Below, one piece after another: positions 15,071-27,909 of a DNA stretch of 64,000 nucleotides. Both the position numbers and the translations under genes were made by a program. Within the stretch, counting starts at the first letter, position 1. The number at the start of each line of letters is the position of its first letter. The stretch spans positions 85,622,001 to 85,686,000 of the forward strand of contig OX597825.1 in the NCBI GenBank assembly GCA_951406725.2, given 5' to 3'. This DNA is from Octopus vulgaris (lineage: Eukaryota). Under the pieces are notes generated by a model. The model was not told the DNA's origin and ran no database searches. It saw only the letters and a program-made list of their open reading frames with translations.

Positions 15071-15435
15071 TAAATATTTACTTCTAGACGTCAAAATATA
15101 TTAGACAAGTTAGTGACATTGCCGACACACACACACACACTTAATCACACACACACTCACATACACAACACACACACACACACACACTCAATCACACACA
15201 CACTCACACACACAAACACACACTCAATCACACACACACACACAGAAACCATCCCAGACGTTCTTATAAAGTTCTCATTTCTACTTCTGTTTTCAAATTG
15301 TCTTTAAAAAGAAATTCTGAAATGAAATTTCATAATATTTAAACGACTCAGTCAAATAGTTTGTTTAGTATTCATTAAAGTCTTTTATCGTTAAATAGGC
15401 TCTCCATTTTTTTCTTTAATAATAATAATAATAAT

Positions 15436-15474
<39 letters not shown>

Positions 15475-16542
15475 GTAATAATAATAATCCTTTCTACTAA
15501 AGGCAGAAGCTCGGTCTCTGCGATAAGAGAATCACCATTCCGTTTTCCTGGCTCTTCTTGGCTCACTTCGAACTTATCAACGAAAATAGCATCAACATCA
15601 ACAACCACCACAACAAGAGTGCCAACGTTACACATTTATTGCTGCCAGAGTAAAGAGGATTCCTCCACACTGTTCTATTCGCCTTCACGATATTACAACA
15701 ACAACAAGACTTTTACTCAGACATTCCAGTGATTCGACATCCTTTCGAAGTCTACTTTATTTCTCTCAAGTCATTTACGGAACAATGGGAGGGATTTCTT
15801 TTCATGTCTGATGAAACCAAATCAGAATGCTCTGGGATTAGATACAAAATGTGATTCTAAACAGAAGAGATCGACTTCCTTCATTTCCGCTGCTCCACCA
15901 TATTGTTTAGTATTTGAGATGAAAATTTAAATATTGGTTTATATGAGTCGCTTTTTATATTTCAATATGATGAAGTTTAATACTTAGAAATTACCGTCAA
16001 AACAATGAGAGCCTGATTTACTATATTGGAAAACGTTTTGTTAAAGAGACTTCTGTCGTCTTTAATTAGGTTACAATGAGATTCCGAAAGCCATTTCACA
16101 CAATAATTCCATAATTTACAACGATCGAAAATTGCAAAGTGATGATGATAATTTTTATAAACCAGAACAGTTCATAGCAAGGGATCCCTTCTCCCATTTC
16201 ACTTTTGTTCTCATTCATTTAACATTTTCGTCGCTGCATTTTCTTCTTTGATTAAAGTAGGGTGTAATCATTTCTGTTTAATTAATTATTTTAATGAAGC
16301 CACAAAATCAATAGGTTCCTACGAGATAATCCAACTGATAGCATTCTTCTGATAAACTGGCATTCAAGAGAACTTATCACATCAACTAATACCAGCTATT
16401 AAAAATGGATTATCTGAAGAATTATTAAAATTATCCAGTGATCTCCCAATATTATTAAAGAGTTGAACCATTTCTCTGTTGAGACTGGGGTCCGATTTCG
16501 ATCCCCGGTTAAAACTAAATCATTTTATTTAAAATATATGTC

Positions 16543-16675
16543 AGTTCGGAGGTCGACTTTGCCCTTAATCCTTTCGGGGTCGATAAATTAAGTACCAGTT
16601 GCGTACTGGGGTCGATGAAATCGACTGGCTCACTTCCAAAAAAATTCGGGCCTTGTGCCTAGAGTAGAAAGAATA
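16543..16675 (+). mobile_element. SINE family A, 5'-truncated, tail type 2
   Basis: Core plus GGCCTTGTGCCTAGAGTAGAAAGAAT tail. Confidence 0.85.
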
Positions 16676-16688
16676 TATCTCTGTTGGA

Positions 16689-16903
16689 AGGCGGCGAGCT
16701 GGCAGAATCGTTAGCTCACAGGGCGAAATACTTTGCGGTATTTCGTCTGTCTACGTTCTGAGTTCAAATTCCGCCGATATCGACTATGCCTTTAATCCTT
16801 TCGGATTCAATAAATTAAGTATCAACTGCGTACTGGGGTCGATCTAAACGACTGTACCCCCTCCCCAAAAATTTCGGTCTTTGTGCCTAGAGTAGAAAAG
16901 AAT
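16689..16903 (+). mobile_element. SINE family A, full length, tail type 2
   Basis: Head, B box, core and tail all present. Flanked by AATATATCTCTGTTGG and AATATGTCTGTTGG (TSD-like). Confidence 0.9.
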
Positions 16904-18335
16904 ATGTCTGTTGGTTTTGGTAATTAATGTCCCAAATTTTCGATCAATAGGACAGTCAACCATTAAGTGATTGAGTATCCCGTAGATATGTTGGATACTC
17001 AACGTAATTCTTAAGGCTAATTAAGGTCACACTGTTTAACAATTACACCCTTTTGGCTACAGGTACAATCCACCCGACGCACTTCCAAATAGTTTCCCTT
17101 TACCCAATTTCATTCAAAAAGGCTTAATAAAAAGCAATTCGTCAAGATGGATGCAGTGGGATTGTACCTAGATCACGTGGTTGCGAAGCGAGTATCAACC
17201 GTTCAGCCATTTTGGCCATTACATATTAAAATCCTCAACTTTCGTCTCCCTTGATTATTACATATCTGAGTAACTAATGATGGAAGCAAAATGAGCTGGC
17301 GAGACGAAGCTTCGCGGTCCCAGTTCTGTTACTAGGCAACCCTACACCACATCTGGCTTCACCATTAGCATCTCTCATTCCATGAATCCACCATACCTAA
17401 AACTACATCGTGTTCAACAATAACAAAAATGGAATGGTCGGCCATGAAGAGTCGTTTTATATAACTCGAACGAGAGGGAAAATACCTACAACACCAACCG
17501 AACTACTTTCTCTCTCCCCCTTACTCGCCCTCTCAACCTCCCTCTCTGTTAATTAAGGCCAATTCATAGCATTTCAACCCCATCACTTCCAATAGCCTTC
17601 CCCTATATATTGTGGCTTTTTATTAACGTAAAAACAACAAAAAAAATGATTATGAAAAATCATAAACAAATACATTGGAGAATTAAACGATGCGTTGTTC
17701 CGTCTTTGTTTCCGTTCCGTGATGTAGAACAGAACAGTCCGTCTTTGGACAATTCCAGTCGCATATCGACTTTCTGTTGGAACAGGTTGCAAACCCCTCA
17801 CCTTCGCTCAACTCTTCATTATTTCATTATCTCTATCAGGGATGCTATACGACCATTCCGAAGGGAGACAGAGGGAGCGTGTGGTAACTACGGTAGAAGA
17901 GAAACTTTATTTATCGACCAGAGAATGAGGAAAGTCAAAGTAGCCGTCGACCGAATTTGAACTCATGGCGCATGCACCACAAGGAAATTCTATATCCCAC
18001 TCTACCAATTCTGCCGTTTAATCTCCTGTTACTTTAGCTTAATTTAATTCGTTTCTTAATGTCTCATTTATATTGCAACGTTCACAGAATCCAATTCCAT
18101 ATGAACTTACTTCTTAGAACCAATTACCAAACATCAACCTTTCAACTACCGTTTCGACACTTCATCAACACCGCATATACACCACACTTACACATACGCC
18201 AATACACGGCCGTTCCTGTTGATTCACACGCGCGCATATAGTGCACTCATTTTGTTCAAAATACCAACATCTAACGGCCTACACACACGTATACGAGATA
18301 TATGTCCATACACACACATGTATGTATGCATATAC

Positions 18336-18368
<33 letters not shown>

Positions 18369-18412
18369 AATGCATATATATATTTATATAAATCATATAT
18401 ATATATATATAC

Positions 18413-18469
<57 letters not shown>

Positions 18470-19103
18470 TGCGTTTTCATGCACATATAATCACACGTAT
18501 CACCAATACGCAGCGCACACCATTATGAGAGTGTGCGTGTAAATACATACATATACATATATACACACACACATATGTACATGCTTACATACATACGTGT
18601 GTGTGTGAATGGATGTACGCATATATGTTGTTGAGTTCATTGTATCCAATACTCTCACGCTGCTGTGCACAACAGATCACGGTTCATATATCGAAGCCAG
18701 CCTCGTCTCTGTTCATGACCTCCAGTTCAATATCGACATATGTTCTGGATTATCGGTTTAAAACGGGCTGTTTTCATCCATTGCCTGCTCCCAACCATTT
18801 TCGATGTAAACACTTGAACAAAGCTAACTAATCGATCTATAATTAGTAAATAGAGATATTGAATTAAGCAGAAGGAAAAAAAAACAAACAAACAAAAGGA
18901 CAAAATTGAAGACTATTTGAAGCATATACGGATGTAGGCTTGGCTCTGTGGTTAAACAACCCATTTCTAAACCATATGGTCATGTGTTCGAAGCCATAAG
19001 ACTTCCCGAAGAGACGTAGGCAAATCAATATGTTAAACTAACGATTTTAGAAGAAATAATTTATTTACTCTCTGAATTAGCTCTGAGTTCTTTATTCTAT
19101 TTG

Positions 19104-19199
19104 GTTTCGGCTGATATACCACCACGCCATATGGCGTAGTGCTTAAGAGCGCGGGCTACTAACCCCAAGATTCCGAGTTCGATTCGAAGCAGTGACCTG

Positions 19200-19266
<67 letters not shown>

Positions 19267-19410
19267 TCGAAAGATACATTAGGAATGAGAACCCAGGTTC
19301 GAAATTTCACCCAATACACCTGATCAAGGCTGGAGGGTATATCAGCCGAAACATGTTAACAGCAAACAAAATGAGAACAAATATCGTCAAATGTAAATAA
19401 TGTAAATAAG
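19104..19410 (+). mobile_element. tRNA-headed short element with a hammerhead-like, Penelope-type 3' end
   Basis: A box TGGCGTAGTGC (19132), B box GAGTTCGATTC (19175), internal (CAA)n(TAA)n, then CTGATCA-A-GGCTG..CAGCC-GAAAC (19320-19352). 19104-19120 is the exact reverse complement of 19336-19352. Confidence 0.7.
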
Positions 19411-19626
19411 ATTTCTAAATAATTCCAATGGCAAATGTTGTTGTAATAAATGTTGTTGTTTAACCCATAGTTAGATCTAATTTAGTGAACCTATGATCAA
19501 AAGTATTCCAGATATGACCATTCCATGTATCCAGTGTGACGTCTCGTTTTTGGAGATGATATTCTGGGGTAGGCGACCAGAAAGAGACTCACCCGTCCGT
19601 TCAAGGTGATGCTGCTTAAATGAACG

Positions 19627-19666
<40 letters not shown>

Positions 19667-20486
19667 ATTACACTTAACACCCTTCAATGTTCTAAATTAC
19701 GGTTTGTTCTGGATGGAAGTAAAACGATCAGAGCAACTTTGCGTTACGATTAATTAATTAAAAGTCTTTCTGTCAATTAACATTTGAATATTACCAGACA
19801 GGTGAGACTTTAAGATATTACCTCACAGGTGTAATAAATACCATCGATTATTTGACATCGTGACTGCTATTGGCATCGACCAACCTTAACATCCCCACCA
19901 CCATCCTCTACCACCACCATCCGCTACCACCACCACCTCCGCCACCTCCCCAACTGTCAACCGCCGCCAACACCATCATCATACCCGTACCACATTTCCC
20001 TTTCTGTCAATTATCCCTGTAATGATTATAGCCGTTGTATGTCAGTTTATTGGGGCATTTCTATAACAATATCAGGCTCTTTGATTCTAATAACCAGCTC
20101 AAATATATATTCCAACTAAACGAAACTTTTACCAAACATTTTATGCTGCCAAGACTGACGAGAACCAGAAATTCTTACAAAGGTTGCGCTGTACTAATAC
20201 ATGGAAAGTATTCTCAGTCTGGAAGATAAAGCTTTTTCGAATTAAGTGTTGAATGTTTAAATATAGAATTCTTGTAATTTAAGAAATTAGACTTAAGTCT
20301 TTCCAACTGGTTTTGGATAAGATCCCCTTCACACGGATGAGACTAAGTTAAAACATCCAGAAATAAGCAGCTACAAGAATAAAGTGGCTTAAAAGAAAGA
20401 TTGTAACCGAGGATTAATATAATCCAGACACTCTTATCTCTCTCCATCGTGTGTGGAGGAAATCGACGCTAATGCAGCAGAACAAG

Positions 20487-21023
20487 CAGTATGTTGTGCC
20501 GAATGGTGGCCACGGCCGCAAGCTGACCATCACAGCGGAGAACGAGTGTCGGAGACTGTACTGTATCCTACGAGATTTGTCTTCCCTGGAACAGGCTTTA
20601 GGGAGGATGGCGAAGTATTTCATCGGGGATAGGTTTAATGAGAATTTCACTGATGCTGACAATTTGGTACAACGCCTGGTACATCGTGTGGCCGACAGTG
20701 GCTCCGCCAAACTGTACGAAGTCAACTCCATAGCACAAACTGTACGTCAACCAGATTTTATAGAGATACATGCGCAACATGCGCAGGCGCTGGCCACTCT
20801 GAAGGTGTTTGCCCACTGGCTATCACAGTACCACTACGAGTCCCAGAAGATGAGTCAGCCCCTAAAGTTAACCATCTTTTTCTCTACGCTGGTCAATGCT
20901 ACTCTGCCGTTGTTCCGGAAACAGATTGTCCAGTCAGCTGCTCATTTACTCTTCTCTCTGATGGTCACAGTACAGTCGTCCTATTTACTACAGATGACCG
21001 CTGTCCACAACCTTTACTGAATC
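20487..21023 (+). pseudogene. XPO6: Exportin-6 internal fragment, probably a processed or captured pseudogene
   Basis: ORF 20451-21020 contains RKLTITAENECRRLYCILRDLSSLEQALGRMAKYFIGDRF...PDFIEIHAQ...HWLSQY...SAAHLLFSLMVTV. This matches my recollection of vertebrate XPO6 (RLNITAENDCRRLHCSLRDLSSLLQAVGRLAEYFIGDVF...PDLIDVHAQ...HWLAQY...SACHLLVSLATTV). It ends in TGA mid-protein, has a 9-bp duplication (HAQHAQ), and no other XPO6 exon was recognised in the window. Confidence 0.85.
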
Positions 21024-21379
21024 ATGTTTTGTGGTTTCCATGAGGCTATTTCAATAGCCTAAAACAGATGACAGCTTTCATTCGCAGGTTCTTCTTCATA
21101 ATCATAAGAATGATCTTGAAGCAGGGGCCGAATTGGTTACCATTCTTATCTACCTGCACTCCTCACCTCAATCCCTGACTGACGCACCAACACAGAAATT
21201 AACCTTGAGCAATTATCGCAATCTTTAAGCGCAGCTTTTACGTTAATGTCTGAGCGTTGATCGAATTGACTCAACACCCAACACAACTCTCCTCCACCTA
21301 ACACAGTTCGATCGCTCTAGTGTTTCTAGTCAACTAAATCGTCCGTGTGGCCCCAGTTCTATGCAAACAACCTCCTGAA

Positions 21380-21860
21380 GCAAACATATCTCGACACACA
21401 AGCCAATGACGAATTTCTTTATTCAGCCAAAACAGGTCAAATCCAGAAAAACGCCCGTATCTTATGTTAGGTGCTGAGATTGAAAGCCATGTTTATAACA
21501 CATCTATCTACCTCTACACACGTCTGCAAACCGTACAAAAGAAAAATCAGATGAACAAATTATGTATCTGGTCATGGGCATATCATTCCAGCCCCTTCCC
21601 CACTCCCATCGCCAACAGAATGTCTATACTTTCTACACAAACCGTTTGGTCACCTCGCCACTCCCCAACCAAGATGCCTCTGGCAGTATTTTCATTGAAA
21701 AAATCCTAGATTTGTCGATTGATTCGTTTCAAACTCTACATTGCAGACACCAGACAAAATTATGTCAAAGTTTATGCTTTCCCCGACGCCCCTTGTCCTA
21801 CATATGCAGGACTCCACGGACGAAACTCTCAGATTACCGATCAGCTCGGACAGAGTCGAA
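21380..21860 (+). mobile_element. Highly degenerate LINE RT 3' end (CR1/Jockey-like)
   Basis: FQPLPHSHRQQNVYTFY...TLHCRHQTKLCQSLCFPRR resembles the LQPLSHRR...RT...SFFPRT C-terminal motifs of these LINEs. Confidence 0.4.
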
Positions 21861-21881
21861 ACTCCCCCCAAATTCCCCATT

Positions 21882-21931
<50 letters not shown>

Positions 21932-22116
21932 CATCATCCTCATCCTCCTCATCATCATCAAGATCCTTTCACTGATGCAGCCAGTCGCTGGAAGACGACT
22001 TCAGACCCCTTCAAAGTCAGCCGTCGCCACTGGTCTCTGTTCTCTGTCATGAGCAGCAGGTTGGCTGTGTTTGACCTGTCCAGTCCTTGATGTTGTCAAA
22101 CCAGGCTTTTCTCAGC

Positions 22117-22165
<49 letters not shown>

Positions 22166-22510
22166 TATGCACAAGCATGCACACACGCACGCACCCTCAT
22201 GCATATCTGTAGGTAGGTAGATAACCAGCCAGGTATATGACGGACCTTTGCAGACTGCTTCTCGATATCAGAAGAATAGGAAATACTAAAATTGATTCGA
22301 TAGAATGCCATCCGAAAAGTATTCTTCGCCCATACAAATATGCCTGAGACTTCATAATTAGAAGAACTCCGTTATAAAAAGGAACGGTGGCACAACTCTA
22401 TTGATATTCCTGGGTTTTTAAGGAAATGAAAGCAAAAAAATTTGATTCCACTTAGAACTGAAAGTGAAGAGTTTGGTTCCTAAAGAAATTCTTTCTCCTG
22501 GCATTCTTTC

Positions 22511-22823
22511 TCCATCGATTAAGACGAATTCCAGTTGATCCGATCAACGGAACAGCCTGTTTGTGGAATTAACGCCCAAGTGGCTGAGTACTCCATAGAC
22601 ACGCGTGCCCTTGACGTAGTTCTCAGAGGGATTCAGTGTTACACAGAATGTGAAAAGGCTGGTCCTTTGAATTAGAAGTACGACTCACTTTTGCCACCTG
22701 AGTGGAGCGGAGTAACTGGTTCAAAATATCTTGCTGAAGGATACAGTGCACCATCAGGAATCGAACTCACAACGTTACGATCGTTAGCGGAAAAATCCTA
22801 ACCAATAAGCCACACTCCTTCAC
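22511..22823 (-). mobile_element. SINE family C
   Basis: Reverse complement with B box (GGAATCGAACTC) and the family C tail. Confidence 0.85.
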
Positions 22824-24332
22824 AATTCCTTCTACTAACACAGAACGCACTAACCATTTCTCGAAAAATTGAAAAATATGTCACGATTCCAGTATGGACG
22901 CCCACCAAACTATAAATTCACAACAATTTATTTTAAGTATTTCTATTGTTTTATAAAAAGAAATAAAATATCAAAAATCTGGTCGGAATGAGAGAAGGTG
23001 GAGGAAGCAAAAGTAGGCTTAAATTGTAAAGTAATCGGAATGAAGACGGAGATAATAGAGAGATAAATTTCACATAGGAAAGCTGCAAAAATTTAATGAA
23101 AAATTATTTTATATTTTTCATTCGATTTGGTTGGTGAGATCGGTAGGAGAATGGGATTTTTTTTAGAGATAATTGTCGTAAAACATGGTTCGTTAGACAC
23201 TAATAATAGACCACTAAGCTATTTATCTTCTTTATTACAATGTAGAAAGTAGATTTAATTTATTTCATTCTATAGTCTTTCTTTTATTCTTTTCCTTTTA
23301 GCATTTCATGGTTCCGACAAATGGAAAAGTAATATCAGAGTAGATTGTACGTTGCTGTTAGGAATAAAGATGGCGTGGATATTGAGCCGGAGGATTGAGC
23401 TGAACAAATTCTCACTCGCAGACATTTCAAACAAGTCAAATCAACAAACACAAAGTAAATAAACGCAACAGCCAGACATCAAGCGAGTTTTATTTCGCAA
23501 AACCTTCAGGTTCTTCGCGAGCCGACTCTAAATTAACTGGCAATACTTGTTAATCATCGGTGCTGGTTGATGATAATAATATATATACATGTGTTTTATG
23601 TATATACTTATATTCTATACATACCCTCTGTTATCTTTATACATAAAGTTACTATGATTGTAAAGAGCGAATGCAACTGTTAGAACGCATTAATGGCGTC
23701 TAGTTGGGGAGGAGGGTATCGAAAATGGCGGCTTAATTGGATGTTGCGTTAAATGTTTGGTCGACAGACTAACCTGATGTTTGGAAGTAAAATGGCAATT
23801 TACACCTTCATTTTAGAGATATGTGTGCATCTATGTAATTATGTAAGTATGTCTGTGTATATATATATATAGGTTAGTGTGTATACATATTTATGTATGT
23901 AGTAACATGCGTGTATCTATTATGGTTGATGTGTATGTATATACATATGTACATACATGCACATATATATATATATATGTATGTATGTACATATATATAT
24001 ATATGCATATATATACATATGCATATATATATATATATATTTATATATGTACATGTACATTTCTCTGTGTGTGTGTGTGTGCGTGTATGTGTGTGTGCGT
24101 GTATGTGTGTGTGTAGTGTAGGTTTATGCAGTTATGTATGTGGTACGTTAGTTGGTTTGTATGTATGCAATTGTTTGAATTTAGCAATTTCTATACATAC
24201 ATACATACATAAACGTATATATATTTGTGTGTGTATATGTATGTAGGTATGTTGGCATGGGGTTGTGCATATATTGATTCGTGTATGCTCTATGTTTTTA
24301 ATGTCTATCTACTAATGTAACTATCATTCTTC

Positions 24333-24402
<70 letters not shown>

Positions 24403-25273
24403 ATATATATATATATATATATCAGTCGATGAATAATATAATGAGCAATATTCTTGGAAAGTAGAACTGTACGACCGTTCTTGTCTGTAAAAGAAATAAA
24501 ACGTATCGCTAAAATATAGAAACGTCTAAAGTTCATTCTGGAGAACATGGGAAAATATTCCAAAGCAACGAATATAAAATCAGGTTTTGGAACTATTACG
24601 AAAATTTCGACAATATTTTCCGCATTTTCCTCATACTGCAAAAAACATTGTGATGAATCCCAACACACAACCAATGTTCTGTTGGTTAGTCAACGACGGA
24701 GTGCCTTCTTTGGTCGCTCGACCTGATAGATACAGCAGCCAGATCGCCTCCTAATTTCACTCTACGGCCCTAAAAATGCAACAGTCCCTGGTATACAAAA
24801 ACGATGGAGAGGCCAGTGTTTGAACGCCTTCGGCCATAGTTTTCTTTAATCAAAGCAGACCAGGGACTAAGCAATTGCAACCGGAACCACAAAAACCTTT
24901 TATATGGTAGATGCCTGCTGCACATCCTTTCTTATTTGCTTGGTGCTGATATTAAGAATCGTTTTGGCTATTACTCTTTTAATTCTCTACATATTACAGG
25001 AGAACTTTGTGGAGCTACAATGCATGGAGAAGACTGGCAGAATCGCTATAAATCGGGTAGAAACTTGCGATATTTTTTCTGACTCTTTTCGTTTTGAGTT
25101 CGATTCCACCTAATGTTAACTATGATTTCCAACCTCCTGAAAATCGATAAAATAAAACACATATTCACGGGAGTAAGAATTTAGAATTTTTAGATCGTTG
25201 GATAAAATACTTTCTGATATTTATTCCTGATCTGGAAACACTTCACAAATAAGGTGAATGTGTCAACATCTAA

Positions 25274-25397
25274 CTGACAAGATGATGACAAGATGATAAC
25301 AAGAAGCTGACAAGATGATAACAAGATGATAACAAGAGGCTGACATGATGATGCCAAAAGTCTGACAAGATGATGGCAAGATGGTGATAAGATGATG
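25274..25397. repeat. 11-bp minisatellite (TGACAAGATGA), about 11 degenerate units
   Basis: Directly visible tandem array. Confidence 0.9.
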
Positions 25398-25669
25398 CCT
25401 TATCAAAATTATCAAGCAGAAGGGAAGGTGAAACCCTCTTTTAATATTCCAATGGAAACTCCATGAAAAACCACTTCAGAAACTGGTGTAAAAAGAATGT
25501 ACTGTTTGTTAAGGCTGAAATATGATTTACCAAGATGAAATCTGGGAGGTGTCTTCACCCCATGCTCAGCTCTGGTATTTAGAAAGAAGCCGAGGAAGCT
25601 AATCAATATAATGTTATTGATTTCTGATGATACACGGTTCTTGTGGCAGACAACAATACATGATTGGTA

Positions 25670-25855
25670 TTTTTCTGGTTTCGTCTCCGATTAAATCTGA
25701 TCGAACAGACTAATGATCAAAGACGTTCCAGTCGTGACCATTCTTCAATTTTGTGTCCAAACTGACCTTCGTCATCTTATCAGAAAAAAGGTAGGTTGTG
25801 ATAGAGAGAAATTTCGCTGCTATAGCTAACAGATCAATCATCCTTGGAAGGGCTT
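25670..25855 (+). repeat. Old interspersed repeat family D (other copies ~19450-19590+, 24705-24885-, 30060-30460+, 37075-37265-, 39665-39835-, 40690-40800-, 60225-60390+)
   Basis: Shared blocks ..CTGATCGAxCAGACCTATGATCAAAGxCxTTCCAGxCxTGACCAT and GTGATTTGAGGxAGATTTxGCTGCTATTTCTAxCAG. Confidence 0.6.
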
Positions 25856-27877
25856 CCCTCTCTTTCTAATCTAGGATGTGTCGTAAAATGAAAATTTACT
25901 CTGCTCGTGACATTATTAAATAAAACCGTCCACAGCTCTTGATAAGGTATATCACCGACCTCTCAATGCGTCCAGCTTCCTTTGATCTTACAACACAGTT
26001 TGCCTACAACCGGCAATAGAATCAATCTTCTCTAAACATTGCACACACACTAAGGTGGAATTTCATTAATGTTCACATGATTGAACTATGCTACCATTCT
26101 GCAAAAAAATATGTCTGAGAGTCTGACTTGTTTCCAAAAGATGCACAACCCCTAGATAAAGCAAGGAACCTGTGAGAACTAGTGATAGTCTTTGGAATCA
26201 ATAATTAGACAATAACAGAGATCGATAAGTTGAATTATAGTGAACACTAAGAATGCTAACATTGTTAGGAAGAGAGAAGTGAGTTTGTCGCTTTTTTACT
26301 CAGGAAAGTAGGTCTGTGCTTGTGATCCTTTTGTGGGGCTCCAAGACAAGAGGAGTAAAAGTGAAAGAAATTTATCATCAAAAAGTATATTTTACCCGCA
26401 TGGATCCCGCAAAAGGTAACTTAGCCCCAGATTGTGGCGTTAAGCCGGGCAACGGTGTAATTCTATCATTGAAGGCCACGCTGGAATTTGAAACCAGAAC
26501 GCAGGAACAAACACCGCTAGCCATCCGGTCCAGTGCTTTCACGATCCATCAGATTGGCGTTTAATTTCTCAACCCAAGACGAGTGTTGTTCAAAGTTGAC
26601 TTCGGCAGGATAATAACTCGGAACGCAAAGATCAGAAGTCAATACCACGAGGAATCTTGTCCGACGTTCTACCGATTCTGCCAACTGGGGTTGTTGTCAA
26701 GAAAATAATTATTCGAATTAATAGTATTTTGTTGTCTACCATCCAAGTGATGTCAGCATAAATGGTGCACTGTGTCGATCAAAGAAACAGGATAAATTCG
26801 GGACGACTAAATCCAGGAATCATTCAAATGGTTTTATTCCCAATTTATATTGTAGATTCGGCGAAATTCTAGAGAGAATATTGAATTCATTCTTGGAGAC
26901 AAAGGAGAAAGGACATTATTTAGTATTCCTGACTTCTATCAACGGAATAATGTGAAGAAAATAACTATTATCCACACTTAGCAGAGAATTGAAACCGTGT
27001 CGATCACTCATTGCAGTGGAAGTATTAACGTTGCCAACTTTAAGATCGATAAAAGTTTGATATTACTAAATCATATTTCCGATATGATATTTGTCGTATT
27101 GATAAATTACCAAACAAAGCATCAGTGATAACAGAAAACAAAACAGAAAGAAAAGGGGAAAAAAGCAAAGGAAAATAATTCTATGGAACAATATCGATCA
27201 AAGAATAGATGAAGTCCAAATCGCAGACTGGAAAGCGAAAGAAATTAAAATACTATTTTTGAATCGATTTGACATTATATTTCTGAAAGTGACAATAAAA
27301 TAACCACAACAACAACAACAACAAAATCAACAACAACAACAACAAAATCAACAACAACAACAACAACAACAAAACCGTTTTCATAACAAACATACAAATG
27401 CGAAAATTCACAATTAAGCAGTTTGCAAACTTATTTGCAAACATTAAAACTTGATATTTATCTCGAAGCAATGACATTAAAAGTCTTGTAGAATGTAAAA
27501 GAAAATACTATTCTGGTTGAAGATTAATTGAGATTAAAAAGCGGTTTGGTAGAATAGTGACAAGTGGTTGTGTAATGAAAGAGGATGGAATCCATAGGAA
27601 ATGACATTACTTCAAATAAACACTTCTGTTTAAATGTTATATCATGGAGGAGGGAAAAAAGATTTCCCGTTAAACTAATCGGCCATTTTGTCTGCATATC
27701 TTCAATTAAATATTTCAGAGTTACAATAAAATTGTGAGCGTGTCTATATATGTGAACACATAAATACATACATGCAGACATATATTTAAATATATAGTAT
27801 ATGTGTTTCTCTCTATATATATGTGTGTGTGTGGTTGTATGTAAGTATGTATGTATGTATGTATGTATGTATATATG

Positions 27878-27909
<32 letters not shown>

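Noticed and set aside
19124-19197. tRNA-Ser(ACT)-like gene
   Set aside because: Stems are incomplete, there is no oligo-T terminator and the anticodon is atypical. Treated as a SINE head.
21719-22090. Poly-His ORF
   Set aside because: Arises from a (CAT)n microsatellite.
25274-25397. CRISPR-like array
   Set aside because: No unique spacers, eukaryotic context, simple minisatellite.
25412-25606. Faint similarity to a LINE RT 'PVxSGVPQG' region on the minus strand
   Set aside because: Too degenerate to support.
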